Assembly: GCF_000315625.1 (NCBI RefSeq)
Contig: NW_005434669.1
Coordinates: forward strand, 124,001 to 188,000
Reading direction: 5' to 3'
DNA from: Guillardia theta CCMP2712
Taxonomy: Eukaryota; Protista; Cryptophyta
Length of the DNA stretch: 64,000 bases
Shown here piece after piece: positions 25,701 through 35,698 of the stretch; the first letter of the stretch is position 1; the number at the start of each line of letters is the position of its first letter. The notes below the pieces were generated by a model. The model was not told the DNA's origin and searched no databases. It worked only from the letters and a program-made list of their open reading frames with translations. Made by a program: the position numbers and the translations under genes.

Positions 25701-27853
25701 GTGAGAAGCTCAACAGGAATCGCGAGATGCGTTTGAGGAGGAGGTGAAGCAGTGGACGGCCTGGTCTTCGAGGCTGAGGGGAGGGAAGCGAAGTGCGAAC
25801 TCGAGGATGGAAGGGATGAGGGGGGTGGGCGATCTTTCTTTCGTCGAGATGTATGGCCTACTTGCTGCCAACGCTTGGCTGCCCCCTTGCCCGAAAGACA
25901 GGTTCAAAACCATTGAGATGTCAAATAGTATATGAGAACAATCGAAAATTGCTACGTGCCAGTATGTTCAACTTTTTAGTTTTGTGGAATACGAAAATTC
26001 TTTCTACAGCAGGAGTGACGGCTTACTTGTCTGATGATCTATGATAACTCCTGTCTTTGTTTTCAAAGTTGATTTTGAGATTTTCTGTAGGCTATGGAGG
26101 ATGGAACGAGGCCTTTCCAGTCAGATCGAAAGTCTACAACTTCATGACAGGCCATTTCCCCTCTATGTAGCCGTTGGCATCGACCATAAGAAGGTTGACG
26201 GGGAGGAGAGCAATGAGTATCATTGGTATGAATTTTCTCCTTTCTCCTTCTCGTCTAGTCAGACTGGCAAAAGAATTCCGGTGAGGAGAGGAGAGGAGAG
26301 GAGAGGAGAGGAGAGGGATTCGATCGTCGCATTATTGACGATATGATGAAGATTTGGTCGCTTGGAAGAAGTTTTCACTCAGGCAGAAGTTGTTCTGTCA
26401 CTCCCGAGTTTCCTCTAGGAGTGTGCATGGGTGAGCCTTGTCAGAAGGTCATTCAAAGGTCATTCCTTCACCTTTTCCAGGCATATGGGGAGCTGCTTTC
26501 ACAGCCAGCACAGAGGAGGTGAAGAAGAATTATCGGAATACGTCTTCGAGAGCACAAAGTCGGAGGTTTGAACGACTTTTTCTCGTCCTTGCATGATCTC
26601 CGATGGGCTTGTTGCACATGACTAACAAGCTTGCATTCATACCCATCGCTCATCGTGTTTTGAATCCTGACATCTTCTTTGTAGGGATGTTGTACAAATC
26701 ATACACGACACCTTCAACATCTTGGATTCAAACTCGTCCGACCAGGCAATCGACGAGGTGTCGCAAGTCAAGACAAGTTCTCGGGCAGGATCGATCAGGG
26801 TTGTGGAGCCCTTCCAGTGCTTCAATCCTTTCTTCGAAGATCCATCACACCTTGAGGAGGATCCTTGCACCGGTTGTCCTCCCAGCAAGCCTTCCAGCTC
26901 CTTCACGCATCCTCACCACTTGACCGCTGCAGATGCCGAGACGTCGGACCTCCGCCTGACAGATGCTGGAATTCACATGAACGCTCCTCTCCCTGCTGTG
27001 CGCTTCACCTCTCCTGTCATCTTCCCGTGCTCACTGACATGACTGTCGCAGCTTCTGCGCAGGGAGCGTGCGAGTGACGTCATAATCCTGCTGGACTCCC
27101 GCTCGACGTCAGGTGGGCAAGACTCGTTGCCGTGGTGTGCTGACTGACGTGTTGGCAACAGGAGAAGCTGATGTGAACGATTCGTTTGACGTCTTGAAGC
27201 CCGCGGAGGAATATGCGAAACAGAGGTGAGATGTAGAGAAGTCGACTGAAGGTCTGATGTGAGCGGCAGGGACTTGCCGTTTCCTTCCATCCGAGATCAA
27301 GATCTCATCGAGATCGGGAGGAGGAGATGCACAGTGCTAGGTAGAGAAGGAGGACGAGCCGTTGGTTGTGAGGCTGAAGGAACTTGCAGGCTTTGAGGAG
27401 GACAGCGCTCCAGAGATCGTTTACATGCCACTCGTGAAGAACGAAGAAGTCGATGAAGATCTGGATCCTCTACATACACCATGGTGATTCCTCCCCCTGA
27501 TCCTCCTCCTCATCATCCCTTCTCTCTGCGATGTTCACCACATTTCAGGTGTGACTTCATGGAATTTGCGTATGAGCCTGAACACTTCGAGAGACTGTTC
27601 CAGGTCCTTATCGTGCCTCCCTCACTGTCAACATGCCGTGACATCTCTCTGTCACCAGCTTGCTTATCAAAACTTTCGCGCATCTGAATCCTGCATCCTA
27701 CAAGTCTTCAGGAGAGCCGTCGACAAGTTAGAGCTCCGAGGAGAGGCTGTTCTCACTTCCATCGTGATACGTGCTGCAGGAAACGCGCAGCGGCCCTGGC
27801 ACGCGGCCGGTCGCCGAGGCTTGTCGAATCGAGAGCTCATAACCTTTGAATAA
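22732..27853 (+). CDS. Cytosolic PLA2/lysophospholipase (PLB) catalytic-domain protein with DysF-like motif, multi-exon
   Basis: CSSGGGVRAM, LGILDCCIYSASLSGSAW (nucleophile Ser), FPLYVAV..WYEFSPF, MGIWGAAF, LTDAG (catalytic Asp), R..DVIILLD. Upstream EGWFYS..DYSRWRRWLRRR. Confidence 0.88.
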
Positions 27854-28639
27854 AAGCAGTGAGCGCTGCCCAGCATGAACCGTTACAAAACGTTACTGTA
27901 TTAGCGCATCCCCCTTGATGCGAAGGAATAGATTGCAGTAAAGATCCACTATAAAATATTGTTCGAAAACTTATCTTTACAATAAAATATTGATGAGGTT
28001 CCGAGCAAAATAGTTGGAAATTCCGATGATGGCGGAACGGGGTAAGAGAGGAGGGAGAGGGAGAGAGGGAGGGAGCATGAGAGGAGGAACAAGCGGAGGA
28101 AGAAGCACAGATGGAAGGAGACGGTGGTAGATGTCAAGTGGATGTGACGAGAAGGCTGCAGAGTAGGACATAGAGGATGCGGGGAGGGTGTGAAGGGATC
28201 TGTCATGTAGATGAATGGAGGATGTGAAGTATGAGGAAATTTGGCAGCTGATAGTAACGTCTTGATCCTATAGGAGCTCTACACTGTGCATGTTAGGCAG
28301 AGCAGCACTTTCGACTTGAAATGTTTCGAAGACCGAAACGAATACTCCGGAAGGGCCCACTCAGTGCAAGGCAAGTGAATATTCTTTTTCTCCTCAGACC
28401 ATGATGACGTTTCGAAAGGTTTGAGATCCCTTTCCCAGTGATACTGTTCATGTAAGAAAACCTTCAATCCCTCATGTAAGATAGCGGTGATATCATTCTT
28501 GCAGTGCTCCCATACTGCTGTACTTGTACCTGGGTTGTGCGTTTCCGGACACCTTCTTCTCCCCCTTTCCTATCTCGCGCAGAGTTCGCTCTCGTGAGCA
28601 TGTGGACACACACACGGCAACAGTGAAGGTGAAGGAAGA

Positions 28640-29106
28640 AGCATGATGGGAGGAGATCCGCTCACTCCCACACAGAAGCTTTCCGAGGATGCAAAGGCTG
28701 CGCTAAAGCAGCAGAAAGAAATCCCCAAGCTCGAGCAGGAAGGCCTCGTGGAGGTTGAAGACTTTCATGTCATGTGTGTGCTCTAACAGACCGCAAGGAC
28801 CCTTCCGTAAATGGCCCACTCTCCCCTGCTTCCAAGCCGTCGCTGAAGGTGGAGGAGATGAACTTCGCCGTGGAGGTGAGGAAGAGGAGGGGAGATGATA
28901 GGAGAAGTCGGAGTGAGAAGTACCTGATGCTTGATTCTCAGATGCATGGGTTTCAATGTCTTGTATACACGAGCCAGGCAAGAGATGCGAAATACAGACC
29001 GGTTTCAAACTCTTCTGTTGCTTGCAATATGTGACGGATGCTCGTAGAAGAGCAATATCGATGTCACATGGGTCACTCAACTGACGACAGATAGGTAACG
29101 TGCTTT

Positions 29107-29137
<31 letters not shown>

Positions 29138-32100
29138 CCCTCCTCCTCTTCCTCCTCTTCCTCTTCCTCTTCCTCCTCCTCCTCTTCCTTCTTGTTCTTG
29201 TTCCCTCCCTCACTTGTTTCTCTTACTTCTTGTTCTCTCCCCTTCTTTCTGCTATGAACTCAATCACTCCGCAGGATCCCAGTGTTCAAGAAGATGTTGG
29301 AGAGGTGGACTGGGCCGATCTCTGCAGCCCTGTACAGTCAAGGTTTGCTGAACTACAGCAAGCATGTTTACAGTATCAGTGAGTTGTATGTTGAAAGATG
29401 TCAGCAAAGACACAAAGGATATTGAAGATTTACTCGATCGAGTGGACTTTCACATGTATCGTCGTTTCTTCCTGTGTCTCCTGCTGACTTTCTTGCAGAG
29501 TCGGGGCTTCGCAAGGCTTGTATCCCGTGAACACGCTGAGGAATGTTGCGATCAACAAAGCAAACACGGTGAACTTTTTGTCCTCTGTCATCGGCTCTTG
29601 AAGGGCTAGCGCAGGATTTCATTATCTTGGCGGACGTAGATTTTGTGCCGAGCGAAGGCATTTACGAAGCCACAAAGTAGCATGACTTTGAAGGGAAGTT
29701 CCTTGCTTGACTAGATGCAAAGATCATTTGTTGAGAAGCTTGCTTCCACTGGAGCAGCTCATGACAAAAAAGTCTACGTGCTGGTGAGCCGTCAAAACAT
29801 CGATCTGTCGGATAATGCACTGATACCGCCGTTGCAACAGCCGGCGTTCGAGATTGATGGGGCAGATCAGGTACTTGCATGATAAACACAACCTTTGTAC
29901 TGTGTTGTGAACATTTTGCAGACGGTCCCACCAAACTTCGACGAATTGCAGAAGATGGGAAGTCGCATTCATCAGGTTGTCCTCACTGTGATACTTTCTA
30001 CTCCTCTTAACATGTTGACTATCAGGTCCACAATGATAAAGGACGGGACATTGCGCACAAATACACTCAGTATGACAAGGTCCACTTCCGATGATCTGTG
30101 TTCTCGTTCTTTCTTGTCTCTGCATTACCAACATCTTGAATTTCTGCTGTCCAGAAGTGCAGTTGTGTTCTTGGTTGAGTCTGTTATTCTTGAAATTTTG
30201 TCATGAAATGATATGATGTTTGAATGAGAGTTGTATGATGTTTGAATGAGAGTTGTATGATGTTTGAATGAGAGTTGTATGATGTTTGAATGAGAGTTGT
30301 ATGATGTTTGAATGAGAGTTGTATGATGTTTGAATGAGAGTTGTATGATGTTTGAATGAGAGTTGTATGATGTTTGAATGAGAGTTGTATGATGTTTGAA
30401 TGAGAGTTGTATGATGTTTGAATGAGAGTTGTATGATGTTTGAATGAGAGTTGTATGATGTTTGAATGAGAGTTGTATGATGTTTGAATGAGAGTTGTAT
30501 GATGTTTGAATGAGAGTTTACCCCATTCTAATCTAGCAACATACAGTGGATGACAGCGACAGATCCATACAGAATATCCTACAGGTTTCCTTACGAGCCC
30601 TATATTTTAGGTTTTGACCTCGTCTTCGTCATTATTTCCTGAATTCCATTGCAGCTCCTCGCACGATCCCAAGGTTTGATGTGAGATTCTTTGGCTACGG
30701 CAATGATAAGGCCAGGTGATCAATGACGTTGACACCTATTTATTTCATTGAGTTCAAACATATGCCTGCTGGTTTATTCTTACTTCATTCAGCAAAATCT
30801 TGACTCCTGTCGCCCATTGTGTTGTTGAAAGCTTCAGACGATGTTTTTCTCACACTATCGTTTCTTTCCAGCCACAACTACGAACTAAATGCTGCGGGTT
30901 ATGAATTTTGGGGTTTTCCGAAACATTTTGTTGTACACATTCGGCATTCTCAGGTAAATAAGTGTCAAAATGGAATTTCAAGTTGAAATGCTATGAAAGG
31001 GATCGTGGATTCATCAAACTTTCCTCGACCCACGGGAGCGGTGAGGACATTGAAAACAAGATCATTCTTGAAGAAGATGATGTTTGATGACTCTTCTGAC
31101 AGGCTTTCAAGAACTCTGACAACATTCCTTCATGATTGCGATAGAAGGAAACTCCCCGTGCCCGTTTCACGTTCCTAATGTTGGCAGCAGATACTCAAAA
31201 GTGATAACCATCAGCGAGGAGAACGTGAGAAATTGAAATCGCTCTGTCGCTTGCCTGAGACTTTTCTAGACGATCTTTGAGCCTCTCCCTGCGTCTGCCA
31301 ACTTCACGATGGAGGTGAAAATCGCAATGACGCGTTGATACATTGTGATGATGATCGCGAAGAGTATGATGGTGGTGGTGGCGATGATGGTGATGATTGT
31401 GATAATGATGATGATGTTGTTGATGGCGATGGAGATGATGATGGTGGAGATCGAACATCACAACAACCGTCACTGTACGATGAGAGTACAAATCATGAAT
31501 GTGAAGTTGCTGCTCCTCCTCAGGTTGGAAGACTTGGCGCTAACTGCGACACAACATGCAACAGTATCGGCAAGATTTGTCACGCAGGTAAGAGGAGTGC
31601 AGGAAGACCAGGAAGTGCCAAAGGCGATAAGATTGAGAGGGGCTGGGATAGTACTGCGGGAAGAGGAGGAGGAGGAGGAGGAGGAGAGAGGAAAAGAACA
31701 AGGAGGAGGAGGAGAGACGAAGACTAAAATCTGTCACTTCAGAGTACAGCAACCGGATCAACTTGTGTAGAGAGCTAGAGAAGAACTTTCAGTGTCTGCA
31801 TGTCCGTTTGCTTTCCTCCCGGGTAGTGCCGACTGCTGATTTGTTCTCCTCAGGGATGCAACAGAGAATTCTTTGGCGCGGACCTCCCGGCCTTCAACAC
31901 GTCCTGATTGTGTCACTCCGACCCGCGTTTGACTTTTTCTTTCGTGTTTACAGGCAGAGGATGCAATGTCTCATCAACAATGCTCCTCTCGGTAAGTTTG
32001 CTTGTCAAAATCTCCTTCCTCCTCTTCTGCTGTCTCTGCTCGTAGTCTCCTTCCTCCTCTTCTGCTGTCTCTGCTTGTAGTCTCCTTCCTCCTCTTCTGC

Positions 32101-32819
32101 TGTCTCTGCTTGTAGTCTCCATCCTCCTCTTCTGCTGTCTCTGCTTGTAGTCTCCATCCTCCTCTTCTGCTGTCTCTGCTTGTAGTCTCCATCCTCCTCT
32201 TCTGCTGTCTCTGCTTGTAGTCTCCATCCTCCTCTTCTGCTGTCTCTGCTTGTAGTCTCCATCCTCCTCTTCTGCTGTCTCTGCTTGTAGTCTCCATCCT
32301 CCTCTTCTGCTGTCTCTGCTTGTAGTCTCCATCCTCCTCTTCTGCTGTCTCTGCTCGTAGTCTCCTTCCTCCTCTTCTGCTGTCTCTGCTTGTAGTCTCC
32401 ATCCTCCTCTTCTGCTGTCTCTGCTCGTAGTCTCCTTCCTCCTCTTCTGCTGTCTCTGCTTGTAGTCTCCATCCTCCTCTTCTGCTGTCTCTGCTTGTAG
32501 TCTCCATCCTCCTCTTCTGCTGTCTCTGCTTGTAGTCTCCATCCTCCACTTCTGCTGTCTCTGCTTGTAGTCTCCTTCCTCCTCTTCTGCTGTCTCTGCT
32601 TGTAGTCTCCATCCTCCTCTTCTGCTGTCTCTGCTTGTAGTCTCCATCCTCCTCTTCTGCTGTCTCTGCTCGTAGTCTCCTTCCTCCTCTTCTGCTGTCT
32701 CTGCTTGTAGTCTCCATCCTCCTCTTCTGCTGTCTAATTCTCTATTCTTCTCAGGTGCTCCCTTCACTTGCGACTCAGTCTATGAGTTTTCCCGGAGACT
32801 TTGTCCTTGTGGGAATTGA
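28640..32819 (+). CDS. GT49 (LARGE/B4GAT1-like) glycosyltransferase with C-terminal Cys-rich MGAT5-like domain, multi-exon; 5' end uncertain
   Basis: FIILADVDFVPS (DxD), PYEPYI, PRFDVRFFGYGNDK, YELNAAGYEFWVFPKHFVVH. Later exons VGRLGANCDTTCNSIGKIC..CLINNAPL/GAPFTCDSVYEFSRRLCPCGN*, with stop at 32817-32819. Confidence 0.8.
30212..30518. repeat. 22-bp tandem minisatellite (tatgatgtttgaatgagagttg) x ~14, intronic
   Basis: Perfect tandem units, no spacers. Confidence 0.95.
32011..32735. repeat. 35-bp tandem minisatellite (tagtctccWtcctcctcttctgctgtctctgctYg) x ~20, filling one intron
   Basis: Period 35 (32043, 32078, ...). Lies between donor gtaagt (~31992) and acceptor ag (32754). Confidence 0.95.
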
Positions 32820-33089
32820 GAGAGGACAGCCGAAGGAAGAGGAAAGGAGAAAGAGGGGGAAGTTGGTTGTCGAAGTGGGGGGATTGAGGATCAGGAGCGG
32901 GAAGACTGATTGTGAACGATGGGGGCGCAGGAGGAGGAGGAGGAGGAGGAGGAGTGAAGAAGGAGCGGAGAGGAGAAGATAGAGGGTAAAGGCCAAGGGT
33001 GAGGGGAGGAATATTTATCAAGAGGTCGATGGCAGCTTGCCTCGTGGGCTTCTTTCATTGTCTATCCAACACGTGAATGAATTCCGTGA

Positions 33090-34469
33090 GAAACTCTTCT
33101 GCTTGGTCCTGCGGGAGATGCTCAACAAAAGTTCACTCGGTGTCGAGGGCTGTTACCTTGACCAGTCTGCTTACTCTTGAGGATTCCAACAAGTTGTTCA
33201 TCGTCAATGATATATCTTTACACGTCATCCTGTCAGTTTGTATCAGACTCGCAACACGGGCAATGATTCCCCTTGCACGCACTGGTTCCCTTGTATTGTC
33301 TCCATGGACATCAAGTCAAACAGGATCTTGTCATGCACTATCAAGACGTCGATGACAACATTTCAATCTCCCACCTTCATCAAGAGAGTCTGTTGCGACT
33401 CATCGTCCTCCTCAGACAACAGGCGCAAAGCTACTGTGAGAAGGATGGGAAGGTCGCTGTCAAAGAAAATGATTCTCCGAACAGATCCTTGATGGTTCTC
33501 TTTCTTGTCTTCTTGTAAAAGAAGGACATGCACAGCCACAAGCATCCTGCCGCAGCATGTTCACAACGGCTCTCTATGTCAGGTTGGGTTCAAAACACCT
33601 CTCCGCCTCGTTTTTCTCTCCTTCGTGCGAGTTGAGGATTTGGAGCAAAGTCTCGCCGAAGAATGATCCGTTGCGATGGTTGAGCAGCTGGTCTTTAAAG
33701 TCCGTCATGCTCATGGAAGCTTCCTTCCCCTCCTGCTGCGTGTACAAGATGTATAGGACGTTCACTGTAAGGGCGACCACTCCTCGCACAATCTGCTCAC
33801 TCTCCGAGTCAAGCATGTCGAGGATGCTTGTGAAGGCTCCTATCACATTGGAGCAGAAACAAACCGCAAGATCGTATGATGGAGGGTTTGCTGTTTCACT
33901 GCTCCCAACAAACATCGCAATGTCCACAAGGAGGAAGAGGAGGAGCTTAATCCTTTCATTTTGATATCCCGCCTTGTTGTTGTCCGAGGTCAACTCGTGC
34001 AAGAAACGATTCAAGTCTTCATCGTTGATGAGAAACTTCGTGGCGTTCCGTATTAGTGAGCACAAGGCAACGATACATTGAAGTGAGAGTGCTTTCTCGC
34101 TGTGGATACATGTCAAGCCAGTGAAAAACAAAGATACAATTCTGAACGCATGCAGGAGTAAGTATGTACAAAATCACCTGTCGGATGAAAGATGCTTGTA
34201 CACAGAAATGAGCCCCTTAATCTCCACGACATCGTGAGATCTTCGAGGCTGAGTTTGAAACTTACCAAGAATTCTTCATCATCTTGCACAACCTTAGCTG
34301 GTTCTTCGTTGTTGGTGCATGTTAGATGTTTCAGACTGAGTCAACTTGTACCTTGCTCGTTTATCTCCTCCAAGAACTTCACAAGAAGTACACGATAGTT
34401 CATCTCATCTTCACCGTCTCCTCCTCCTCCCTCCTCCCCCACTCTACCAATCCGCGCAACCCTGTTCAT
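33090..34469 (-). CDS. SPIN90/Ldb17 (WISH/NCKIPSD) leucine-rich-domain-like protein, multi-exon
   Basis: FFGETLLQILN and IFFDSDLPILLTVALRLL resemble the TFGENLILLLN and FYTNDLxVLVDIxxRxL motifs of this family; helical-repeat character. Confidence 0.55.
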
Positions 34470-35205
34470 TGCACCAGCGCCATGGCGGGAAATTTTTTAT
34501 CTGGGCCCGCACAGGTGAAATAAAGGCAACTTGCAGTGGACAGGAGATGAGGACTAATAAAGGAAATACCGGAGCCCCGGAGTCCGATCCGCGGCCGCAG
34601 GATGTTCAACAGGGTGATGATCGGATCCCGGAGGGGTTGATGTGGGTCGAGACGATGATGCCTTCACCGTAAGCCTGCGTCCCGTACAGTGTGTGGAGGT
34701 TCGGGAAGCCGTGTGTGTGGGGGGGGGTCTTCCCGATCTCGTGGCTTGCGCTCTTCACGTGATGAAGGTAGAAAATAAGGATGATCGCGGAGAGGATGGC
34801 GGTCATGGTGTAGTTGTAGTTGGTCACTACATCCTGCTTATTCACTGCTTCTGGTTCGGAGATCATGCCGCTGGATTCGTCCGTCTCGTAGTCGGCCATC
34901 CCTTTCGTCGCTGGACAGCGCTGCGTCATTCATGTGAATCCCTAGCGGGGAAAATCCGATCCGGTGGACCCTGCACGACACTGCAGCAGATTCGAGTGCA
35001 CATCTTCACACCCACACACAGAGAACTCGTCAACTTGGCTGGGAGGTAAACGAAACCACCACGGAGAAGTGGGTGGCGCTCTTGGAGTTGTAGCTGCACA
35101 CGATATTGCTGTCAGGCTCTCCTCACCGAAAGGCTTGATCGCCGCATGAAGGGACACCGCAAGGGTGGGATCCCCATATTGTACAGTAGTAAGTAGCGCA
35201 CTACC

Positions 35206-35250
35206 GGAGGGTGATAAGAGAGAGAGGCTCGCCTCATCAAGTGGGGTATA
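35206..35250. repeat. 45-bp direct repeat, copy 1 (copy 2 at 38549-38593)
   Basis: ggagggtgataagagagagaggctcgcctcatcaagYggggtata, 44/45 identical. Confidence 0.93.
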
Positions 35251-35698
35251 AATGTTCGATAGTCAGAGACAGGGGCTCCGAGGGGCCAAGTAACCGCCGC
35301 CGCCGCCCGGAATGCAAGCCTAGCAGCTTTGCGAATCTGAAACTTGCATACTTGTGTCACAAACGTTGCGACCGTCACGGATGACTCATTCACTACGTGT
35401 GCATATAACTTCAACTCACACTCAGCTACGAAACTTGACAAGCCTCAACTTCGCGAGACTCCCTCCTTCACAGCAGCCCCAGCTCTGATGCCAGGCCCCA
35501 CTCTCGAAACGCTTCCCCGGTCTCGTTGTAGATGAAACAGTAAGCGTCTGTCTCGTTCCCTCCTTTCTCCTGCACACAACAAGCCGTCAGCACGGCTCCC
35601 GTCTTTCTGGGCTCTTCGAGTCTCTCAGTGCCAGTCACCTACCACTGCGCAGTGATGCCCAAACTGACACACCCACACCTCCTCTTCGTCCATCGTCA

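Noticed and set aside
13492-27853. Lipid-metabolism gene cluster (patatin lipase + PLA2)
   Set aside because: Unrelated genes intervene and there is no evidence of co-regulation.
30212-30518. CRISPR-like array
   Set aside because: Units are contiguous with no unique spacers, and the array is intronic in a eukaryotic gene.
31913-32767. Three minus-strand repetitive ORFs
   Set aside because: By-products of the intronic 35-bp minisatellite.
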